Assembly (NCBI GenBank): GCA_050251055.1
Contig: JBFWNL010000006.1
Coordinates: 32,001 to 96,000, forward strand
Length of the DNA stretch: 64,000 nt
Reading direction: 5' to 3'
From: Bacteriovoracia bacterium
GTDB lineage: Bacteria; Bdellovibrionota; UBA1018; JBFWNL01
In this document: positions 55,526 through 63,472 of the stretch, piece after piece
Layout: each line of letters starts with the position of its first letter
How positions within the stretch are numbered: position 1 is the stretch's first letter
Notes under the pieces: generated by a model
The model's input: only the letters and a program-made list of their open reading frames with translations
Told to the model about the DNA's origin: nothing
Databases searched by the model: none
Made by a program: the position numbers and the translations under genes

Positions 55526-56269
55526 GCCGCCGTCGAGCTCGATTGTCTGGCCGGTGATATAGGCGGCTTGATCGCTCACCAGGAACGCCACGAGATGCGC
55601 GACGTCCTTCGCGCTGCCCATGCGTTTCAGTGGTATCCGCTGCACGAACTTCTCGCGGATCTCCGCCGGGATCTGCTGGGTGAGGATCGTGTCCATCATG
55701 CCCGGCGCGATCGCATTCACGTTCACGTTATAGCGTGAGAGTTCCAAAGCCCAAGTCCGGGTGAGTCCGACTACGCCGGCTTTGGAGGCGGAATAATTCG
55801 TTTGCCCGATATTTCCATGCCAAGCGACCGAAGAGAGGTTCACGATCTTTCCGGACTTCTTCTCCATCATTATTCTCGCGCAGGCCTGGCCCATGTTGAA
55901 CGGGCCCTTGAGGTTTACGCGGATCACTTCGTCCCATTTCTCTTCCGTCAGTTTATGGAGCATAGAGTCGCGGGTGATGCCGGCATTGTTCACGAGAATG
56001 TCGACTGTCCCGAACTTGGCCTTAACTTCCTCCGCCAAGGCTTGCGCTGCTTTGTAGTCGGAAACATCATGCTGGCTGACGAGGGTTTTGCGACCCAGTG
56101 CTTCAATTTGCTGGGCCACCGCTTGTGCGCCGTCCACACCCAAGTCGTTCACCACGACGTGTGCCCCCCGTTTTGCTAGTTCCAGAGCGGTTTCTGAGCC
56201 AAGGCCTCTACCAGATCCGGTGACGAGGGCGATCTTGTCTTTGAGTTGCAGGGTGTCAGGATAGTTCAT
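55508..56269 (-). CDS. fabG: 3-oxoacyl-ACP reductase (SDR)
   Basis: TGSGRGLG, NNAGITRD, GQTNYSASK. Confidence 0.85.
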   Translation of the reverse strand: MNYPDTLQLKDKIALVTGSGRGLGSETALELAKRGAHVVVNDLGVDGAQAVAQQIEALGRKTLVSQHDVSDYKAAQALAEEVKAKFGTVDILVNNAGITRDSMLHKLTEEKWDEVIRVNLKGPFNMGQACARIMMEKKSGKIVNLSSVAWHGNIGQTNYSASKAGVVGLTRTWALELSRYNVNVNAIAPGMMDTILTQQIPAEIREKFVQRIPLKRMGSAKDVAHLVAFLVSDQAAYITGQTIELDGGLTVGW

Positions 56270-56407
56270 GAGAGAAAGCTTATCGGGTGGTTTCCCGCCG
56301 TGCAAGGTCTTAGCAAACGTTAAGTTTTTTTCGGCCGTCAAATTTGCAATTTAGAAAAAACTCGTTACACTCGTCGGATCAATTGAATCGCATAAGGGGG
56401 GATTTCC

Positions 56408-57913
56408 ATGCGTATGTTTCAACTTCCAAGGATGGCGCTCGTGCTGGCGGCGATGTTGGTCGCGCCGGCCGCGCTCGCTAACGGTTTCTATAAACCCGGC
56501 GAAGTGATCGTTAAGTACAAGAACAACATCGTGCGCACGAATGCCGTGATGACCGAAATGTATAATGACGTCGGCATTCAGAGCGTGAAGTATTTCAACG
56601 GCATGATGAGCGACTTCGAGCAACTCATCTTAAAGCCAGGCGTCTCCGTGCAAGACGCGGTGAAGAGCCTGGAGCAAACTGGCTTGGTCGAATACGCCCA
56701 GCCGAACTACCTTCTTTTTACCCCCGAAGTGCAAAGCCAGCTGTTGAAAGCCATTCAGCAAGCTAAGAAGAAACAAGAAGCTCCGCCTTGCATCATTCCC
56801 GGCATTCCGTTCCCTCCTGGTTGTGAAGATGGTGGCGGCGGAGGCGGTGGTGATGTTCCTTGCATCATTCCGGGTATCCCATTCCCTCCCGGCTGCGTTG
56901 ACGGCGGCGACGGCGGTGGTGGTGGCGGAGGCAATCCTCCCGCTGAACGCCCGAAGGTAGAAAATCCTCCGGCCGAAGGCAGCCCGGTGGCCGACCCTGA
57001 CAACGCTAAGGCGTGGGGTTTGGAAAAGATTCAAGCGACCTCGGCTTGGAAAGAATTCCCCGGTGACCGCAAGTTCATCGTGGCCGTGATCGATACCGGT
57101 ATCGACTATAACCATAAGGACTTGTCCTTGAACGTGTGGAGAAATCCGAGCCCGACCAACAACGACGTGGTTGGTTTCGACTTCATTCACAATGACGGCC
57201 TCCCGTACGACGACCAAGGTCACGGTACCCACTGCTCGGGTTCTATCGGTGCGGTCGGGGAGAACGGTTTCGGTATCTCGGGCGTGTCCCAGAAGGTGTC
57301 GATCATGGGCTTGAAGTTCCTGTCCTCCTCGGGCCAGGGCTCCACGGCCGATGCCATCAAGGCCATCGACTACGCGATTGCCAAGGGTGCCCGCGTGCTC
57401 TCCAACAGCTGGGGTAGCATTGGCGCCGATCCGGATAACAATGTCCTCGAAGAAGCGATCAACCGCGCGGAAAAAGCCGGCGTGCTCTTCGTGGCGGCGG
57501 CCGGTAACGGCAACCAGTTCGGCATGGGTCAGGACAACGACTCCAGTGCTCAGCGCAGCTATCCCGCTTCCTTCACGACCCCGAACATTATTTCGGTGGC
57601 CGCGACGGACAAGAACGACGGGCTGGCTTCGTTCTCGAACTACGGGAAGAAGTCCGTGCACCTCGGCGCTCCGGGCGTAGGCGTATACAGCGCCGCTCCG
57701 GGCAGCAAGTACGCCACCCACGACGGTACGTCGATGGCGTGTCCGCATGTGGCGGGCGCGGCGGCCTTGCTCTGGTCGAAGCACCCCGACTGGGATTACA
57801 AGAAAGTCAAAGAAGTACTCATAAAGACGACCGATCCGGTGGCGAGCTTGGCAAACAAGTCCGTGTCCGGCGGGCGACTGAATATCCTGAAGGCTATCAG
57901 TTTCAAGGAGTGA
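56408..57913 (+). CDS. Secreted S8 subtilisin-like serine protease
   Basis: Signal peptide, prodomain; VAVIDTG, HGTHCSG, GTSMACPHVAG. Confidence 0.95.
   Translation: MRMFQLPRMALVLAAMLVAPAALANGFYKPGEVIVKYKNNIVRTNAVMTEMYNDVGIQSVKYFNGMMSDFEQLILKPGVSVQDAVKSLEQTGLVEYAQPNYLLFTPEVQSQLLKAIQQAKKKQEAPPCIIPGIPFPPGCEDGGGGGGGDVPCIIPGIPFPPGCVDGGDGGGGGGGNPPAERPKVENPPAEGSPVADPDNAKAWGLEKIQATSAWKEFPGDRKFIVAVIDTGIDYNHKDLSLNVWRNPSPTNNDVVGFDFIHNDGLPYDDQGHGTHCSGSIGAVGENGFGISGVSQKVSIMGLKFLSSSGQGSTADAIKAIDYAIAKGARVLSNSWGSIGADPDNNVLEEAINRAEKAGVLFVAAAGNGNQFGMGQDNDSSAQRSYPASFTTPNIISVAATDKNDGLASFSNYGKKSVHLGAPGVGVYSAAPGSKYATHDGTSMACPHVAGAAALLWSKHPDWDYKKVKEVLIKTTDPVASLANKSVSGGRLNILKAISFKE
56786..56932 (+). repeat. Two copies, 72 nt apart, of PCIIPGIPFPPGC(E/V)DGG plus poly-Gly inside the S8 gene
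   Basis: Copies start at 56786 and 56858; the 13-aa core is identical but differs at several synonymous positions. Confidence 0.9.
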
Positions 57914-57942
57914 TCCTTCAGGCCAAGGAACTAGGCTAAGTG

Positions 57943-57986
57943 GAAGGGGGAAGCCGCATCCGTGCAGCTTCCCCCTTCTCGTTTTC
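57943..57986 (+). terminator. Long hairpin between the convergent S8 and dksA genes, probable terminator
   Basis: GAAGGGGGAAGC..GCTTCCCCCTTC followed by TCGTTTT on the + strand. Confidence 0.7.
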
Positions 57987-58110
57987 GTGCTACCACGACA
58001 CTGACTGCTCGCCGCTGCCTGAACCGGGACCTATCCATGGTGGGTTCAAGTGGGCGATCGGCCATCCTTGGCCAGTACTACGAGTCGGGCACCCCATCCT
58101 TGGTGTCCCC
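57943..58110 (-). ncRNA. Candidate Csr/Rsm-like structured RNA (or structured dksA 3' UTR)
   Basis: Four hairpins with GGA loops on the - strand: CACC-AAGGATGG-GGTG, GGCCA-AGGA-TGGCC, ACC-ATGGATA-GGT, GCTGCA-CGGA-TGCGGC. Confidence 0.55.
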
Positions 58111-58179
58111 CCATTGAGCCCCGCGACCCCTCGCGTGACCCAAACCCTAATTGCCCCCTAACAAAATCATTGAACTGAC

Positions 58180-58593
58180 TTAAGCGATCCGCAGATTGAT
58201 CTTCTTGCCGATGCTCTTGTGTTTGTGACCGTCGGCATGCACCTGCTCGCGCCGTTCCTGATCTTCCTTGCAGTTCAGGCACAGCGTGGTGGTCGGCCGC
58301 GCTTCCAAGCGTTTAAACTCGATGTCCTCTTCGCAATCCTGGCACAATCCGAACTTGCCCATCCGGATGCGGTTCAGGGCTTCGTCGATCTTCTTGATGA
58401 ACAAAGCTTCCCGGTTGCGCAACCGGATGCGCATGGATTGTTCCAGATCGGAAGAAGTCAGGTCGACTTCATCTTTTAGATCTTCCGTGTGGACCTGGAA
58501 GTTTGCGTCCAGGATTTCCTGCGTGTACAAAAGATCCTTCTTTTGTTTCTCGAAATGATGCTTGAACTTCTCTATCGCGTGAGCGTGAAGCAT
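58180..58593 (-). CDS. dksA: DksA/TraR C4-Zn-finger protein, paralog 1 (tip DEVDLT)
   Basis: DEVDLT..RLRNRE..KIDEAL..CQDC..RLEARPTTTLCLNCK; SD AAGGAG before ATG 58593. Confidence 0.88.
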   Translation of the reverse strand: MLHAHAIEKFKHHFEKQKKDLLYTQEILDANFQVHTEDLKDEVDLTSSDLEQSMRIRLRNREALFIKKIDEALNRIRMGKFGLCQDCEEDIEFKRLEARPTTTLCLNCKEDQERREQVHADGHKHKSIGKKINLRIA

Positions 58594-58722
58594 AGATGTA
58601 CTCCTTCTTCCCCAGGGCAAGCTGGGCGACACATCCCGTGTCTCCGCCGGTGACACAGATCCCTCGTGTCTTGGCTTGTTGACTTCAGTTGTTTAATGGA
58701 CCGATGGAACGAAAAGAACCGA

Positions 58723-58797
58723 CTAGCGTCGCGTAGCCCAACGGGCTTGCGCGGTTAGTGGTAGGAAACGACGTGGTTGTTGGTCTGAATAACGCAT
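58723..58797 (-). CDS. Candidate 24-aa leader peptide MRYSDQQPRRFLPLTAQARWATRR
   Basis: SD-like AAGGGGG 5 nt before ATG; lies between the sigma54-type promoter and dksA paralog 1. Confidence 0.4.
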   Translation of the reverse strand: MRYSDQQPRRFLPLTAQARWATRR

Positions 58798-58854
58798 ACT
58801 GACCCCCTTGGAAGGTTGGTGACTCCCCGGTCAACCTTCACGGAAGTAAGATAG

Positions 58855-58870
58855 TGCGAGAGACATGCCA
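58855..58870 (-). promoter_or_regulatory. Sigma54 (-24/-12) promoter candidate
   Basis: TGGCATGTCTCTCGCA has exact GG-N10-GC spacing, with an A/T tract just upstream. Confidence 0.6.
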
Positions 58871-59105
58871 AAGGTAGTTACAAAAAAAAACCAAGGAATT
58901 TCAAGGAACGACTGGAAATCATGCCCTAAAACACGCTCTGGACGGGCATTTTCGACGCCACTTTCGGAGGAAAAATGACGAATTTTTTACCACCAGGGCC
59001 AGAGTGAAACTGAAATGCGACAAATTGCGGCGCCGTCCCGGCCGAAGGAGGTCCGAGCTCATTCGGAGAAGAGGCATTCTGCTCCGGTAGCACGGGACGC
59101 AGGTA

Positions 59106-59516
59106 CTATTTGGTGGCCTTCGAGAATGTCTCGCCCAAGCTCTTGTGGCGTTGACCGGCCGCGCTCATGATCTCCATGCGCTCTTCCTCTTCCTTGCAGG
59201 AAACGCAAAGAGTAGCGGTGGGGCGGGCCTGGAGACGGCGGAACTCGATGTCTTCGCCGCAGGACTCACACTCGCCGAAGGTGCCTTCGTCGATTCGGCG
59301 GAGAGCTTCGTCGACTTTCTTGATGTAAAGGGTTTCACGGTTGCGCAGACGCATGCGCATGGATTGCTCGACGTCGGTCGTGGCCTGGTCGAGTTCGTCC
59401 AGACGGTCGTCCGTGTTTACGTTGAAATCATCGCGGATCACGCGATCGTTGTAGAGGAGCTCGCTGCGTTGGGTTTCAAAAATGCGTTGGAACTTCTTGA
59501 GCGTTACTTTGTTCAT
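59106..59516 (-). CDS. dksA: DksA/TraR C4-Zn-finger protein, paralog 2 (canonical tip DELDQA)
   Basis: DELDQA..RLRNRE..CESC..RLQARPTATLCVSCK. Confidence 0.9.
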   Translation of the reverse strand: MNKVTLKKFQRIFETQRSELLYNDRVIRDDFNVNTDDRLDELDQATTDVEQSMRMRLRNRETLYIKKVDEALRRIDEGTFGECESCGEDIEFRRLQARPTATLCVSCKEEEERMEIMSAAGQRHKSLGETFSKATK

Positions 59517-59538
59517 CGTATCCCCCTAATTTCCGTGG

Positions 59539-60123
59539 CTATGTTCTCAAATCACGAATCACTAACTCGCTTACGGCCTGCAAGGTTTCCATCACGCCCA
59601 CGCCTCGACTGGCGATCGCCTCGAAGTGGGGACGTTTCGCGGCGTTAAAGGTGGCTTCCATTTCTTGCACGGAAACCACGCCCTTCACGTCGCGCTTGTT
59701 ATATTGGAAAACCACGGGCAGCCGGTTGATGTCATAACCGTGCCGCTCGAGGCTTTTCTCCAGCAGTTCGTAACTTTCGATATTGGCGCTCATGCGCTCT
59801 TCCTGGCTGTCGGCGACGAAGACGAGGCCGTCGATCCCTTTGAGGATGAAGTCGCGCGCGGATTCGTAAAACGTCTGGCCAGGGATAGAAAAAATGTGGA
59901 AGCGGGTCTCGAAGCCATTCATGACCTCGCCCACGGAAAGGGGCAAGAAATCGAAGAACAGCGTGCGCTCGTTCTCGGTGCTGAGCGAGGTGAGCTTGCC
60001 ATGCTGTTTCGAGTCGGTGTGGTCGTAGATATACTGGACGTTCGTCGTCTTGCCACTGAGGCCGGGACCACAGTAGGCGATCTTCAAAATCAGCTGCTTG
60101 GAGGCGTGGTTGACGAAGCTCAC
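59539..60123 (-). CDS. mglA: MglA-family small GTPase
   Basis: MSFVN..KIAYCGPGLSGKTTN, ERTLFFDFLP, PGQ, VFVADSQ, QYNKRD. Confidence 0.92.
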   Translation of the reverse strand: MSFVNHASKQLILKIAYCGPGLSGKTTNVQYIYDHTDSKQHGKLTSLSTENERTLFFDFLPLSVGEVMNGFETRFHIFSIPGQTFYESARDFILKGIDGLVFVADSQEERMSANIESYELLEKSLERHGYDINRLPVVFQYNKRDVKGVVSVQEMEATFNAAKRPHFEAIASRGVGVMETLQAVSELVIRDLRT

Positions 60124-60133
60124 CGATCGTACC

Positions 60134-60772
60134 TCATTGGCGCATCTCCATGCGATTCTCGATCGCCTTGCCGATCGTTTGGCGATCGGTGTATTCGAGC
60201 TGGCCGCCCACGGGAATGCCGTGCGCGAGCTTGGTGATACGAAGCTGGAGCGGGCCCAAGAGTTTAGAGAGATAAAGCGCGGTGGCGTCGCCCTCCACGC
60301 TAGGATTCATGGCTAAGATGACTTCTTGGATGGGGTCACCTTCTTCCGAACCCATGCGGGCAAGCAATTCCTTGATTTTAAGCTCTTCCGGGCCCACGCC
60401 GTCGAGCGGTGAGAGCACGCCGTGCAAGACATGGTAAACGCCGCGGTAGGTTCCGGTTTTTTCGATCGAAAAGACATCCGAAGGTTTTTCCACCACGCAA
60501 AGCAGGCTGCGGTCGCGCTTACCTTGCGAGGCGTCCCGGCAGATACGACAAGGATCCTGATCGGTGAACGTAAGGCAGTGGCCGCAGAAGCCGGTTTTCA
60601 GCTTGGCCGACTGAATTGCCTGTGACAGGGCCGATGCGTAGCTCGCGTCCTGTCGAAGAATATAATAGGCGAGACGGGTGGCCGTCTTTTCCCCGATGCC
60701 GGGCAGTTTCGAGAGTTCGAAGACGAGCTTCGCTACCGAATCTGGATTGTCGGAAGGTGGCGCGAAGGTCAT
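60134..60772 (-). CDS. recR: Recombination mediator RecR
   Basis: LPGIGEKTA, C4 Zn finger, YHVLHG, EGDATALY. Confidence 0.97.
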   Translation of the reverse strand: MTFAPPSDNPDSVAKLVFELSKLPGIGEKTATRLAYYILRQDASYASALSQAIQSAKLKTGFCGHCLTFTDQDPCRICRDASQGKRDRSLLCVVEKPSDVFSIEKTGTYRGVYHVLHGVLSPLDGVGPEELKIKELLARMGSEEGDPIQEVILAMNPSVEGDATALYLSKLLGPLQLRITKLAHGIPVGGQLEYTDRQTIGKAIENRMEMRQ

Positions 60773-62628
60773 TGCTTCTTATTCCCCGAGAACTCGATAG
60801 GTCCAAGTTCGCCGCCGAAGAGGGCCTTGGCTTCGCGAATGATGGGGTCCGCGTTCACTTCCGTGCGGCGTTCGTCTTCTACCTTCTTCTGCTCGCGCTC
60901 CTTGCGATGCGCGATGCTTTCGCCCGCGGCTGCATTTAGCGTGCTTTCTACGATCGCGGGTTTTCCGAAATACGTCTGCGCCAGCTGCGAAAGCTGGTTT
61001 TGGGTGTTCCGCGACATCACTTGCTCGTGCTTGTACGATTCTTCAGGCACGAACTGCAGCTTCAGGGTGATCTTCTTGTCGTCCGCGGTCGGCACGACTT
61101 CGGCGTGGCTCGCGTGCTCAAGTAGCGAGGCTAGGAGCGGACGCACCTGGCGGATGGAATCGATAAAGCCCGCCCAGCTGGTGGGGCCGGTCGCCGTCGA
61201 AACGGGGGTGGCCGCAGGCTTGGGTGCCGCATTCGCCGCCACGGAAGCGGGTTTTGCAGGGGCAGGATTATTCATTTGGGCGCTGAGCGAAGCGCGGATC
61301 GCGGCCGCGGGCGAAACCGCGGGGGCGGCCGATGCGCCGAGAGTCATGTTGGGAGTCGCCGACACGGCAGGAGTTGACGTGACCGAAGGTCCTTCTTGAG
61401 CCGGCGAAGAAGGGGCCGCGCTCATTCCGCGCGGTGGCGCCCCTGTCGTAGCCGCAGGGCTTTTGGTGCCAAGACCCGTACCGCCCGGAGAACCGTGGCC
61501 CGTCGCCGCGCCGACTTCCACTAAAGCCTCGGCCGTGGCGCACTTGATGATCAAGATATCCATGACGACCTTGGGCTGCGAACTGCGCGCCACCCACTCG
61601 GCGCCGTGATGCAAGGCCTGGAAGATCAGTTCCATTTCTTCCAGTTCCCGCAATTCCGACAAAGATTTTAGTTCCGCTTGGCGCTCGGGCGTAAAGTCAA
61701 ACCCCGCCGTGGCGAGCGCGTCGATCTTCGCCAGGATCACTTGGTGCACGCCTTCAATTAGGCTGCGCGCGAGCACACGCAAGTCATGGCCTTGTGAATA
61801 AGTGCGTTCTACCTGCGCCAACGCTTCCAGTGGTTTACGCCCTAAAATACCGCGCAAAATACCGAAAACGGTCTGGGTCTCGATGAGGCCGATGCTCTCT
61901 TGTACCGATTCGACGGTAATGTTTTGCCCCGAGAAGGCGATCACCTGATCAAGCAGCGAAAGCGCGTCGCGCATGCTGCCTTCAGCCGCCTGGGCGATCA
62001 TGATTAACGCCGCCGGATCCGCCTTCATTTTTTCGGCGGCCGCGATTTCCGTCAGACGCTTTTGGATCTGCGCGATAGTAATGCGCTTATAATCGAAACG
62101 CTGGCATCGAGATAGAATAGTGGCCGGGATCTTGTGCGACTCGGTGGTGGCAAAAATGAAGATGACGTGCGGGGGCGGCTCCTCAAGCGTTTTTAGAAGC
62201 GCGTTGAACGCCGCCGTGGTGAGCATGTGCACTTCGTCGATGATGTAAATTTTGCGGGAACCCGAGGCGGGCAGGTACTTCACGTTTTCGCGGATCTCGC
62301 GAACGGCGTCGACGCCGTTATTGGAAGCGCCGTCGATTTCAATAACGTCCACGCTGGTGCTGGCGGTGATTTCTTTGCAGTTCGAGCATTCGTCGCAGGA
62401 GCGCAGCCAGCCGTCGACCATCTTGGCGTTCGGACAGCGGATGACCTTGGCGAAGATGCGGGCGATCGAGGTTTTGCCGATGCCGCGGGATCCGGTAAAC
62501 AGGTAAGCCTGATGGATGCGCTCCGCCCGGATGGCATTCATCAAGGTTCGAACGATGTGGCTCTGTCCAACGATGTCGGCAAACTGTGAAGAGCGCCATT
62601 TTCTGGCGAGGACGACGTACGAACTCAA
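60769..62628 (-). CDS. dnaX: DNA polymerase III gamma/tau
   Basis: LARKWR, GSRGIGKT, EIDGASN, IIDEVHML, SRC; long Ala/Pro/Ser/Thr linker. Confidence 0.97.
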   Translation of the reverse strand: MSSYVVLARKWRSSQFADIVGQSHIVRTLMNAIRAERIHQAYLFTGSRGIGKTSIARIFAKVIRCPNAKMVDGWLRSCDECSNCKEITASTSVDVIEIDGASNNGVDAVREIRENVKYLPASGSRKIYIIDEVHMLTTAAFNALLKTLEEPPPHVIFIFATTESHKIPATILSRCQRFDYKRITIAQIQKRLTEIAAAEKMKADPAALIMIAQAAEGSMRDALSLLDQVIAFSGQNITVESVQESIGLIETQTVFGILRGILGRKPLEALAQVERTYSQGHDLRVLARSLIEGVHQVILAKIDALATAGFDFTPERQAELKSLSELRELEEMELIFQALHHGAEWVARSSQPKVVMDILIIKCATAEALVEVGAATGHGSPGGTGLGTKSPAATTGAPPRGMSAAPSSPAQEGPSVTSTPAVSATPNMTLGASAAPAVSPAAAIRASLSAQMNNPAPAKPASVAANAAPKPAATPVSTATGPTSWAGFIDSIRQVRPLLASLLEHASHAEVVPTADDKKITLKLQFVPEESYKHEQVMSRNTQNQLSQLAQTYFGKPAIVESTLNAAAGESIAHRKEREQKKVEDERRTEVNADPIIREAKALFGGELGPIEFSGNKKQ

Positions 62629-62884
62629 CTTCGGTGACCCTTTTTAAACCCTTTTATGTTTTCCGAACCAGTCGGTTTTCTTGCTCCAGTTGCGCCTTTT
62701 CGGCGAAATTGGCGACAGGAATCCCCCCACTCCGGTTCAAAATTGAGCCCGCACCATACAAGGAAAATCCTCCCTAAACAAGCGAAAAGATTGGGTTTTT
62801 ACGCGTTACGCCAGCGCAGCTAGCCAGCGCAACTGGCTGGCGCGCCGCCCACTCCTATGCTAGCGATTAAAGTCAGGCATTCGA

Positions 62885-63472
62885 GTGAATACATTCTATT
62901 TGAATCACAGAATTGCGAAGCTCGCCTTTCAATGGACCCCAGAAGGACGTTTGGGGCAGGTTCATTTTTCCGAGGTGGATAATCCCGCCGCCGTTGAGCA
63001 AAATCCTTCGCTTTCATTTCGGTCGAAAGGTCTTCCGCGCAACATCCTGAAGTTCATCGAGCAGATCTGTGACTATTTCGAGAGCGGTACGCCCATCACC
63101 TGCCTGGATTGGGAATCGTTCGATCAATCGGGCTGGACCGAGTTTCAGCGCAAAGTCTATTTCTCCACGACGCATATTCCTTTGGGAGAAACTCGCAGTT
63201 ACGCGTGGGTGAGTGAAAAACTCGGCATGCCGCTCGCGAGTCGCGCCGTAGGCCAAGCTCTGCGCAAGAACCCAATACCCATTTTGATTCCGTGTCATCG
63301 CGTGATCACGTCGCAAGGTGCGTTGGGAGGGTTCATGGGGAAGAGCCACCCCGATCAGCCGGAGCTGCGCTTAAAGCAGAAGCTTCTGAAGTTGGAACAT
63401 GAGTATATGAATCCGATTTTTCCATTCGTCCTGGCGTCGGAGTTCACTTCCGCCGAGTTGCGGCCGGCATGA
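62885..63472 (+). CDS. ogt: Methylated-DNA--protein-cysteine methyltransferase
   Basis: TEFQRKV..GETRSY..RAVGQA..NPIPILIPCHRV. Confidence 0.9.
   Translation: MNTFYLNHRIAKLAFQWTPEGRLGQVHFSEVDNPAAVEQNPSLSFRSKGLPRNILKFIEQICDYFESGTPITCLDWESFDQSGWTEFQRKVYFSTTHIPLGETRSYAWVSEKLGMPLASRAVGQALRKNPIPILIPCHRVITSQGALGGFMGKSHPDQPELRLKQKLLKLEHEYMNPIFPFVLASEFTSAELRPA

Noticed and set aside
56630-57784. 384-aa antisense ORF, and similar ones (4856-5680, 30513-31442, 39875-40888, 52160-53188)
   Set aside because: They lie opposite well-supported genes and have no motifs; expected from GC-rich codon bias.
58005-58060. CTGAACC..GGTTCAAGTGGGCG resembles part of 6S RNA
   Set aside because: I could not build the long closing stem and central bubble of 6S; GGA-loop hairpins explain the region better. 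cmscan would settle it.
57940-58161. 73-aa + strand ORF between the S8 gene and dksA
   Set aside because: No SD or motif, Pro-rich, and it coincides with the RNA hairpins.
60769-62628. Programmed -1 frameshift in dnaX
   Set aside because: I saw no AAAAAAG slippery site or long A run at the expected position.
62630-62884. SRP RNA or tRNA, often found upstream of dnaX
   Set aside because: No SRP domain IV motif or tRNA cloverleaf seen; only a short GCCAGCGCA repeat and hairpin near 62810-62842.
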